A stretch of DNA of 44,247 nucleotides, counting the filler, from Sphacelaria rigidula (taxonomy: Eukaryota): the NCBI GenBank assembly GCA_964200075.2. It is 2 parts of 2 records of this genome, joined end to end, with 100 filler letters (N's around TTAATTAATTAA, not from the genome) between each part and the next. Parts side by side here need not be neighbours in the genome. Positions count along the whole stretch, not along the records: positions 22,177 to 44,247 come from CAXNAA020000358.1; 1 more part is not named here. One strand, given 5' to 3'. Below, in pieces: positions 33,897 to 44,247 of this stretch. The translations under genes were made by a program, and so were the position numbers. The notes beneath the pieces are model-generated. The model ran no database searches. It worked only from the letters and a program-made list of their open reading frames with translations, and was not told where the DNA came from. Positions within the stretch are counted from its first letter, which is position 1; every line of letters starts with the position of its first letter.

Positions 33897-35809
33897 CTGC
33901 GGCAAAGAACAAGACAACCGAAGACACATGCGTACAGATTGACGGCAAACAAACATATGCAGCAAGTGCAGGGCTAGCGGCTGACATCCGTGCTCTACCG
34001 TAAAATTTCACGGCCACCGACAAGTAGGACTTGTCAATATCTCGCACAATCTATAAGCGTATCCAGCACTACTGCTGACATTAAGCTCACCATACCCCGC
34101 GCCAAAATATAAATATGCACGCGAGAATGTTTCGGATATAATGTACGGCACGCCCTCCGACCATACCGTCCGCACATGTACACCACCACCACGTCTTCAC
34201 AAACATAAAAGTACTACGTTCGTACCGCAACGCTCGGAGATTTCGCGTAGTCCATCACCACAGCAGCGGATCCGCAACAAGACAGCACCATGTACTCTTT
34301 TCAATTTTGGTCATACTCTAGACCACTCCGTGCTCTTGGGGACATTCCGTGGTTTCGAGGAGTTGATCAACCAGTGTCTCCCCCGGTTCATGTCTGTCCT
34401 CTTGGGATCCTGAGTTGGATCTGCGAACCCGCACCGCGTGACCTTTCGTCAAGATTCCTTTGTCATCCACGTCCTCATGCATTCAAGGGAAAAAATCCGG
34501 TAGCCTTGCGAGAAAAACGAGAGGAAGTACACCTGATGGGAATCAATACCCCACCCCCCACCCTGATCGGCTTCACCGTACATCAGCTATACCATCGGAG
34601 TGCGATGGCCGTAAGGCGCGCGTAATCCCAAGGCGGGTGCGTTTAGATTGTGTCACAACAACATGACCAACAAGGTTCCAACACTGGCAATACCACCCGG
34701 AATACGGCGTATTTAACATCAGGGCCGGTAAATTTGGTTTTTATGACTTCGCCCACTAAATGCGGGTCCATTACCATAGACCTCCAAATTTCTCCCTCCT
34801 ACAAAGTGAGCCAGAATTTTTACTTGGAATCGGGGCAGTGTCGGGCTTCCCTGTGACCTTCATTCCTCATCTAGATTCCGTTCAGAACAAATACATAAAT
34901 TGGCTTTATTCCAGCCCGTCGCCTACCGAGAATTGAAAAAAACAATTATTTATATATGTTGGAGGAATCTGGTTTCGTATGCCTGTTGTTATATCTTGCT
35001 GGCTACGGTCGAAGCCACGAGTTTTTCTGGAGTGGAAAACCGCGCACCGTAGCGGGCTGTTTCATCACACACCCTGATCTACATGGTTTTTCAAAGTCCA
35101 TTGTTTGCACAGCGGCGATGCTCATGACACCGGTAGCTAATGCGTTGGAAGGACCTCTTCGGAATCAGTAGATGGACCTGCTACCTCGGTCGTGCAAAGT
35201 TTTCCTTTGTCTCACGAAAAGTCGGGTTCGAAAAATGGTTATCAAGGGGTGCAATAACGATGGGTGTCACGGTAACTCTTCTGCGACAAGCAACCCTACG
35301 CAAGCCGGCTACATCGGGGACAAATAACTGCGTAAATGGCTTCGACATCTCCCCGCACAGCGTGTGAAAGTTTCAACATCACCCAGCACATGATGATTGG
35401 GCCTTCATCTTCTACGAGTAGTCACAATGATAGAGCAATAGCGCGCGGACGACTCTTATTTCAACCGGGAGTTTAGTCCAGACCACAGATAAAACGATGA
35501 CGGGAACTGTTCGGATTCAATATTCTTGTCGCCATTTTTCTCTCAAACGAGCTAGACAAAATACTCGGGATGCAAGTACGGCGCACGACGAAGACCGCAC
35601 GGTTTCTCATGCCCACCAGGCCTGAAATAAATCGATGATGAATGTGGTCGCCTTTTTAGCCAAGTCCATGATATTGCAACAAGTGAGCGAAGCACGGAAT
35701 ACTCGTGCAGGAGGGAAGGTTTGCAGTAGCTGCACCGACCAGATATTCATGGTTTGTGTGCACGCCGTTACGGTCATTATCTGACTTTAGATTTGCATAC
35801 CGTACATAC

Positions 35810-35862
35810 CTCAGTCGAAAAGGTCCTGGTTCCTCTATATCGTGCAGCACGATCGACGCATC
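35810..35862 (-). CDS. DUF2358 + SOUL protein, 53-bp exon
   Basis: Acceptor tgcag|GAT and donor AG|gtatgt. Encodes DASIVLHDIEEPGPFRL(R). Phases fit both neighbours. Confidence 0.85.
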
Positions 35863-37772
35863 CTGCATGAAGCACAGACATGAAAAAAACGCATCAAAAT
35901 AAATCTAGATCAACAAAGAGCTGTCACGGGGGGATAGTACAAACATGTACAACAGGGTGCAGTAGAGTACACAATACCATGTACATTGGGAGCTCACGAA
36001 GCATTCTTGTGGGTAAAGTAGGCGGACCTTCAAATAAGTATCCCGATGTCAAGTGGTATACCGATATAATACGGTATGGCATGTCCCCAGCGGCCACACA
36101 ACTCTTGTACACGTTAGGTTTTACTATAGGGGCAGACTCTGGATACTGTATATGGCGGACTACACAAGGTATACATTCTTTCTGGATACACCCATACTAA
36201 CATTGGGCCTATCTCTCATATCGTACATCGTTTTCAGAATGTCCCTGGGGCGAGCCATAAAGTGGAGAAGAAAAAAAGACAGGAAAAGTTCTAGGGCATT
36301 TCCGTCAGCTTGCGATGATGAAAAAAAAAAAACGATACGTATCTACATATATAGGTATCCGCCCCAACGGCGATCGCGAAGCAGTTCCCTGCTGACACCC
36401 TATGGATAGAATGTGGACAGCAAGACACCGTGAAAGTCCGTAACGGTGTTCATAACCTTCGTTTTAGGACACAGCAAACGCTGCGAAGCATTAGCCGCGC
36501 CCTGTTTTCACTTCACTTTTGTTTCCGGACATACCAGTAGCGAATTGTTTTCGACGCACAAACGGGCATCTGTTTTCATGTTGCCTTCGCCTTTCTCTAG
36601 ACACCACCAAACGCTACGAACCATAATCCGGCACCCGTTTTCACATTTCCCGCAAGATATTTGCTGGACGCAACCCAGGAACACGTTCATTTCGCGAACA
36701 CCGAAAAGGACAGGGGGCGTGGGCACAGCTAACACTCTTCAGACAAAACACCAGCCACCCCTAAGCAAGCCCCCAGTCGGTGTTTGTCTGAAAATGCTCA
36801 TTTGGCGCTTCTGGTCGACGACCGCTGGGTTTATTTTCGAGCAATTTGTCCTCATTCGAAACACCTCCTGAGGCTCTCACAACGACTGCGTTCCAGGCGC
36901 AAGTATGATGCACCCCATTAGCTTTCCTCGTTAGGGACACTCAGGACCCCTCCCCTTCCCCAGCAGGAGTCCTTGATGTATCTCAAGGGATCAAGCCATA
37001 TCTTTCCCGGTACGCTTTGTCGCGGGTCGAATGAACACTATCACGCCTCGTCGAGTTTAGTGAAGCGTACTACTTTACTAATTTTCCTGCTCATGTCTTC
37101 ACGTTTTCACTTGTGAAAACCAGTAACTCCTCAGAGAAAAGTTCAAATTCATCTTCCGAGAATGTAACCTGCATTCTTAAAACACGACGGTTTTACCTCT
37201 ACTATTGGCCCACTGCGGCGTGGCGGGCTTGGTGCAGTATTCATACACGAATGCCAAATCTATATGTACGACCGCAGAAAGGTGAGAGTACAACGTAGGC
37301 GGGAGGTACAGATTACTCGCCATGACAAAAGGTGTTAAACAGGACCAAGAGAAGGTACCACGCTGACAGACAATCTTCTCATCAAGCCACGCGCCCGCGG
37401 TCCAAAGGCATATTTTATCGCACGGCAACTTACGGAGTAGTATACAGAATGCAGTGCGTCACCCCAAGCGAAAGGATACCCAACCGCAATGGATTCGATT
37501 GATTGATTGGTTATCGCACACATGACCTGATTCCCGAGGTTTTCATCATCAGTCATGGTCATGATCCATAAGTTGGACGTATCCAAGATATAAACAAAAC
37601 GGAAAGAAACGGTTCAAGGAGATTCATTCGAGAAAAAGGGAGATTCAAAACACAATCATACAACAAACCGAATAAACTTAGCAGAAGCGAGGAGATATAT
37701 TCCTTGTAGACAAGGGCTCAGGCGTCCAAAAGATCCAGGTCTCTGAAAGATCTCAATGTGATAACTCCAAGG

Positions 37773-38160
37773 GTAGGTTGGGAAGGGTATACCCAATACT
37801 CGATTTTCTGAAACGTCGTACTCTTATTACCCAAACATTTGGGTAAGTATTGAAATTGTACCCAATTTACCCAAAAAATAGTGAAATTTTAGAGATCGTA
37901 CCTGATATACCCAAATTAGAGTATTGGGATCATACCTAGGTGATATTCTATCCTCAGGTATTGCTAACAGTGCTTACCCAATATTTGGGTACAGTAAATT
38001 GAGGTCGTACCCGATTTACCGGAAAATTGGGTACAGTATTTCAGGCGGTACCCAATAAACCCAAGATTTGGGTAGAGTATTGAGGTCGTATCCAAGTGAT
38101 ACTCTATACCCAGGTATTGCTGAGGGCGTTTACCATATTATTGGGTAGAGCATTCGAGGT
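37773..38160. repeat. TACCCA/TGGGTA-rich repeat array, likely subterminal repeats of a non-autonomous DNA transposon
   Basis: More than 10 TACCC/GGGTA motifs in both orientations, with an internal duplication (CAGGTATTGCT at ~37956 and ~38111). Begins TAGGTTGGGAA. Confidence 0.65.
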
Positions 38161-39008
38161 CATGGTCTAATCCTTGATAGCAACTTGCAAGGCGCGTACC
38201 AGTGAAGAGATGGATAGATTGACTCATGCCTGAAGAGCGCGGTTTCACTCCGAGGAAGGGGAAGGATTGCAAGCGTAACGAAATATGTGCATGCATGCAC
38301 GCACGCACGCGTGTAGCATGAAGAATGTCTGGTCCATCCTACGTACTTCGCAGAGAATCTTTAGCTTTAAACTTATGATGCCAGGGAGACGAACGTCGTC
38401 GCATTTCACACACGAACCATGAAGAGAGGGCCACCGCATTCTACTCTTCAACGATGAAGAGAGAGTGGGACATGCATTCTACTCCGAACCAGAGGGTGCG
38501 TTCTACTTTCGTGTCCCATGATGAGTGCTTACGCCTCCATTTTCCTGCGCTGCGGAGACCACGTCGACCCCATCTTGGTACATGACTCAACCTTTCATAA
38601 ACGAACAGCTCTTGACGAGTTGTGGGGCGCGTGTCAAAGTCCTATTTCTTCTGCAGTAGCGCAACGTATATCTCGTTTCTATCGGCCAACTGCCACACCG
38701 ACGTTAAGCAGTTGGCCATCAAAGGAACACTCTCACTCACCCCGAAACTGCAACAGCCTAACGCCAAAATATATCTCGCGGTCGGGGGGGGGGGGAAGAG
38801 GGGGGAGGGGCAGCAACAAAAGCAAAATATCTAGTTGGCTGTTGCAAGCTCCCGTGCCTCAACGTAAAAACACAGCACCTTCGTTGCTTGCTACGTGAGG
38901 AATAATAGTGGGAGTGCGGAAAAGGCGAGCCTACGTCTGTGACCACGGGTTCGAGGAATCGGGCTAATGTGAAAGCCGTACTCGTTCGGCCCAATCGACG
39001 TGCTGTAC

Positions 39009-39176
39009 CTTGAACAGAATTTTACCGAGAGCGGAACGGCCGCCGAGCATATCGAGGTTGTTCTTGTAGTTTTGGAACCCGACAAAGCTGGTGACGGGGT
39101 CGATGAATTCCACGTCCGGCAGGTAACGATCGCTCTCGAAGTTGTCGAAAAAGGACGCGTACTCGTCTCGAAGGTC
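39009..39176 (-). CDS. DUF2358 (SnoaL/NTF2-like) + SOUL protein, first exon found; upstream exon(s) not found in the window
   Basis: Acceptor aacag|GAC and donor AAG|gtacag. Encodes DLRDEYASFFDNFESDRYLPDVEFIDPVTSFVGFQNYKNNLDMLGGRSALGKILFK, with the Y..DV.F.DP...F.G...Y motif. Confidence 0.9.
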
Positions 39177-39249
39177 CTGTTTTTAAGGAACACACGGATG
39201 AGAAGGCCAAATGGTAGACGGGTGAGAGGGTGGGAAGGTTGTGCGTGTT

Positions 39250-39655
39250 GGCGGGGTGTGCTCATGATATTGCATGCCGCAGTCATACGACCTTTGACCT
39301 CGCATCCCTACAAAGCCGGGATGGAGCACGGCGGGTTTTCGACGGACTAAACTCTCCATCAATCACCAAGCGCGAAGCACCGTGACGTATTCGGCGAGTC
39401 GCATGAAGGGTGAGCTGCATCCTGCTAGATTTGTTCGGCCCGAAACCCACTGATTATCTTGCATATTATGGATGACAGCCTTCAATGAGTTGATTCATTT
39501 TCTGGTATCCCCACTTCCAGAGACAGCCACGGGTTATGCACTACCTCATGAGTCGTCTCACCATATAACCACTACGTAGTACGATAACTCCCTTTGTGCG
39601 AAGTCAAGGTTCTCCCATCCTGCGCGACGTGACCTAGCTCGACCACCATCACGGT
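39250..39655 (-). mobile_element. ~400-bp family B element (SINE-like, or a related LINE 3' UTR)
   Basis: Reverse complement aligns with 16140-16500 and ends ATGAGCACACCCC. Confidence 0.82.
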
Positions 39656-40089
39656 TAGCGCCAAACAAAAACGCCAGCTACAAAAAAGTATGATGACCTG
39701 GCTGCCTCGCAAACACAGTCAGCGATTAGCGTGTTTTTCAGCGTTGTTACCAACCGACGCCAACCTTCAAAAGGGACTGGGATGGGGGAACGGGTGGGGC
39801 ATTTGAATCGTTTTGGCCAGCAACACGGGAAAATATAAAATAGACATGTTGATGACTTCACCAGAATGTTTTGAGGAGTATGTATACCGCAGCGGGAACC
39901 TCGTAAGGTTGCGGCGAGTGGGTGGAAGGCTGGGGAGGTGGTGGGTTTTGAACCTACAGTGGAGAAGGGGACAGGAGGTGCCGCTAGTGCTGTAACGGGG
40001 AAAAATATATATATGTTGGTGTCATACTGACGACATGCCTGCGTTGCCACCCTTGGTTTGTCCGTCTCTGGTTTCGACTCCTCTGCCAA

Positions 40090-43000
40090 AAATATCGGAT
40101 AAATGGCTTCCTGGGTCTTGCCATTTAAAATTTGTAGATAACATCTATATGCCCTCAGGGAGGAAGAGTCCGCCAAAAGGTATTCGGGAGAAGTTCGGAG
40201 CGATACCAGCAGGTGCACAGAAGCATAAAAGGCAAGGAGAAGTGATGCTCGTGGAAGATTTCAAGGTAAGGATTGGAAGAGCAAGCCAACCGAATGATCA
40301 CAAAGCCCGATATGGAGAAACGGAGAAGGATACGAATGGGGTAGAGGTGTGGAGGTTTTTTTAGAATAGCTAGATAAAAGGATCTTGAACAGTAGAGTAC
40401 ATGAGCCAGATCCACAATGGACTAGACAATGCATACAAAAGCGAGGAACTCCCATTCTTGACGATATACTGATAGAACACGGAGGTGATAAGGAAATGAA
40501 AGTACATGTATGCGTAGTGGACGCAGGAAATACGGACCACCACCTAATATGGACAGACAGTCAACAGACGAAAGATATAAAAGATAGGCGCGGGAAGAAA
40601 CGGTACAAATGGAGAATAGATGAAGCAGAAATAAAAGAAATAAAGCAAGAGTTTCAAGAATAGGTTATCAAACTGCAGTGAAACTTTCCGAGCTGTTGGA
40701 AAGCGTAGGTACAGCTGATACCGAAATAGAAAAGGACCGGACAGGGGCGAAGAGTATCGAAGAATGGAGACAAATGTTCAAGCCAACAGCGAGTAAAACC
40801 ATGGGGAAGAACCTCGTTGTCTGCAACACAGTAGTAAAATGGTGGGGTGAGGGAGTAAAATATGCTTTAATATAAGAGTAAGGACAGGCCCACGCAAGAT
40901 ATACATCGACTAACAATACGGTCGGGTGGGAGGAGAATGCTCAAGCTAGAAAAGAGGTGAAGAAGATGGTCGAGAAGTAGAAGGAAGGAAAAATTGGAAG
41001 ATGTACCCGATAAAGCAAATGAACAATTTGGTGGGATGAAGCAAACGTGGGCAGGGTGGAAAGGGATACAGGGCAAACAGGCACGAGAGGCAGACAAGGG
41101 AATAGCCACATTAAGAGCACAGAACGGTAAAATGGTGAGGAGTTCGTAGGGGAAGAGAGAAATGCTAATAGAGCACTACCCAAAACTAGGAACACCAGTA
41201 ACTGCCAGGAGGTTTGACGCGGAATTCGACAAAGAAATCAGGGCACAGAGGCAAACGTAAAGGCATCAAAGTGTGGAGATAGTGGTTCAAAAGATGTGCA
41301 AAGAGTGTTCACAAGAGAGGAAGTGAACGAGTGTGCAGCCATACTCGATAACATAAAGGCAGTAGGGGCAAACGAAATAGTTGACGGATTTCCAAAGTAC
41401 GAGGGAGAGGGAATGGTTACCATGGTTATGCTGTGTAATTGGATCTGGGAAAACAACTACACGCCTAAGAGGTGGAGAGCGGGAGTGCTCGTAAATCCTT
41501 TCAAGAATGGAGGCAAGGCTGACCCAGGGAATGGTCGAAGGATAACACTACTGAGCATCGTAGGAAAAACACTCCGTAAGATTCTGAATGATAGAGTGGG
41601 AACGATGCTGGAAACACAGTTGAAAGATCGGTGAGGGGCGAGCAGGGTTTAGACCAAACCGTAGCTGTGTTGACCACGTGTACACATTCAGGTACGATTA
41701 TTTCAAGGTAGGAAGGACGCGGGACGAACACCGTACTGTTTCTTTCTACTTGTAAAGAAGTCCTATGGCACAGGATGGAGAAATGGGCTGTGGGAGAAGA
41801 TGCAGGAAACTGGGATCAGAGTAAAGATACGGAGAATGGCGAACAAAATGACAGAATGTGCGAGAAGGTCGATGATACTGGATGAGGAACTATCGACACA
41901 TGTTGATGTTTCACGATGGGTTGCACAAGAATGTACGTCATCACCACTTCATTTGAGGTTGTCATTGATGGCATGATAGAAGCAATAGGAGCAACAGAGC
42001 AAGGAGTCAGTGTGGGGAAAGATACGTCATCAGGATGTCCGCGGACATTTCCGTGGGGATATCAGAAACACCCGGAGATATTGCAGGTACAAATGTAGAA
42101 GGCGCTAGAATACACTAGGCGATGGAGGGTGGCAGCGAACACAAGCAAGTGCGCGGTAGTTAGTTGTACGTAACAAAAATAGGAGAACCCGGTAAAGTTC
42201 AAGTGTAAGTGGGGAGAAGAGAAACTGCCGACCGTAGAGCAGTACACATTCCTTGGCGTACAGATATCAAGATGCTGTTCTTGGGATGCGTATATGGATG
42301 AAAAAATAGGAAAGGCAATGGCACAGACAGGCAACATGTACTTGATCCCAACAGACTCGCGCCGCGATGCTATTAATAGACTCAATACATGTATTCTGAC
42401 TCGTGTGCTTGTACCGAGGTGGCAATATAACATGAGGAATGTGCCAAGAAGAGATTGCCAACCATAGTTGATAGGGCCGTATGGAAGAAAGTCACTAGAG
42501 GGCAGGCTGGAATATGGTGGGATAGCGTAGTCGACAAAGTATAAAAGGATATAGGAGGAAACGAAGACGAGATAATATTCACAGGTGAATGTGGCGGGTA
42601 CGAGACATAAGAGAGATGATAGATATGAGGGGGAAACAACCGCTAAAAAGGAAGTGGGCGAGAAAGAACACCTGAGATAACGGGGAGATGAGAGAGGGAT
42701 CAGGGGTGGAAACATACGTGAACGACCCAATGGACTACGCGAAAAACTTGAAAGTGCGATTTCGGGTGGGGGACATGGACCTGGCAGAAAGAAGAAGGAA
42801 GCATATCAGAAGTCGGGTGGAGGAAGTACATGCACAGATTTTTCCCCGTGATGAAGCAATTGAGAGTACAACGCATACAGTGGGAGAATGTGAACTATAC
42901 AAGGAGGAGCGGGACGTGTTAGCGGGGGAAATCTGGGAAGCAAACGAAGGTGGCATGAAATTCATTGGTACATTAGATAGTAGCGAGAAAACTATTGCTG

Positions 43001-43205
43001 TACAGGAAGATACATGGTGGCTACAGGCGTCGAAACGGGGAGGGGATAAGATGTGTAAAAGGTGTGAAAGGTTCTTACGTAATGTATAGAAAAAACGTGA
43101 TAGGCACACAAATGTTGGAGGTGTCTCTATCAGGAGTAGGAATGGTGCTCCCTCTCGAAACGGAAGCGGTCAATGCAGGCAAGCAACAAGTGAAACGCCC
43201 TCCCT
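40090..43205 (+). mobile_element. Degenerate APE-type non-LTR retrotransposon (LINE family A): ORF2 plus 3' UTR, antisense within a probable intron
   Basis: Endonuclease motifs IYMP, VMLVEDFKVRIG, ILDDILI and TDHHLIW. RT motifs PKRWRAGVLVNPFKNGGKADPGNGRRITLLSIVGK, EQGLD, VKKSYGTGWRNGLW and YTFLGV. Degenerate C-terminal zinc knuckle (ES..H.V.EC..Y..ER). Many stops and frameshifts. Confidence 0.9.
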
Positions 43206-43214
43206 TTCTTTCTC

Positions 43215-43310
43215 GCCGGGAAACCCGTCGTGCTCCGTCATGACTTCGTAGGGATACGAGGTCAACGGTCTCATGACTTCGACATACAAGATCATGAATA
43301 CGCCCCCTCC
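43215..43310 (+). mobile_element. Family B 3' end stacked directly behind the LINE tail
   Basis: GTAGGGATACGAGGTCAACGGTCTCATGACTTCGACATACAAGATCATGAATACGCCCCCTCC. Confidence 0.8.
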
Positions 43311-43448
43311 TTATCGCGTCGACTCCGCGCTCTCTAGAGATGAATCCGTCTCTATTCCCATCACCTACCCGGCAGTTTACCATCGGGCATTAGATTGGAT
43401 CAACACCCCCGCGGCCCATCCGCGCTCGTCGGCGTTTTCGTCGACTCC

Positions 43449-43784
43449 CAATCTGACGGCTTCCCCGGCGAACTCACCTCAAAATACCAATAATAACACC
43501 ACTACTAAATACCGAGAATGGAACATGACAATCCGCCATAACTCGCCAATGATGCATCAATTCTGACCATCAGAGCGCGGTGGCTATCACATACATCGTG
43601 AGCGCACATGGAGTAGCAATCTGACGGCTTCCCCGGCGAACTCACCTCAAAATACCAATAATAACACCACTACTAAATACCGAGAATGGAGCATGACAAT
43701 CCGCCATAACTCGCCAATGATGTATCAATTCTGACCATCAGAGCGCGGTGGCTATCATATACATCGTGGGCGCACATGGAGTAG
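43449..43784. repeat. 168-bp near-perfect tandem duplication
   Basis: 43449-43616 and 43617-43784 differ at 4 positions by eye. Confidence 0.95.
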
Positions 43785-44247
43785 CATAAGAGGCAGGGAA
43801 AATCGAGTTTCCCGGGACGAATTCCAGGGGGGGTCCCTGGAATACAACGAGCAGCGCTGCCTCTTAACCTTGCAATGCTGCTTTTCGGATCTTCACTGCA
43901 GCAGCCATGGAGCACTAATACTCAGTCAAGAGGGTTCGTATTGCCAAATGTGTACTCGCGATAGTAACTTCGAAGCCAAAGGGTCGGGTAGGATACTCTC
44001 AAGTGGACACCGCTGTAATACATCTCCGAAGCGGTCTGTTCTCGCCGCAACGGATTACCGCCGTGCCTCGATGGTCTGCCTGGTACAAAGATTGAAGCCC
44101 GTTAGATGGGGCTAGGGGTTTCGGTTCTCAGAAGGTGCACTACTGCACGGAGTTTCATTGCAAAGCCCCTGATTTCCGTCCTATATTTTTATTATTATCC
44201 AATATATTATTAGCGAAAATGATCCCCCGCTCGATACTGGGATCAAG

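Noticed and set aside
34960-36700. Faint EsV-1-7-like Cys/His repeat peptides (KGCNNDGC; SKRCEA...STHK)
   Set aside because: Too degraded and fragmentary to support by eye. It would need an HMM hit on six-frame translations.

Overview
Eukaryotic, intron-rich and repeat-rich DNA, probably from a brown alga or related stramenopile (inferred from long introns, A/C-rich acceptors and a flagellar gene). Three spliced genes can be rebuilt with consistent splice phases. (1) The first two exons of an axonemal inner-arm dynein light chain p28/DNALI1 gene lie on the minus strand, running off the left edge. (2) A phosducin-like protein 1 (PhLP1/PDCL) gene is on the plus strand, with exons at 9746-10037, 15624-15988 and 20707-20919; its ATG is probably supplied by an exon ending at 2880, head-to-head with DNALI1. 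(3) A DUF2358/SnoaL-like plus SOUL gene is on the minus strand, with six exons from 39176 to 23902, its 5' end not found, and an apparently halved SOUL domain. The introns hold a Copia remnant, a degenerate ~3.1-kb APE-RT LINE, hAT, mariner and piggyBac-type derivatives and MITEs, and tandem repeats. The most unusual signal is a retroelement pair: the LINE and a second family share a ~60-nt 3' terminus, end in C-runs rather than poly(A), and have TSDs starting with CCC, nesting into each other's tails. Second is a ~490-750 bp spacer-less foldback of two hAT transposase 3' ends inside the inferred PhLP1 intron 1. A 100-bp N spacer with TTAATTAATTAA at 22077-22176 is an assembly linker.
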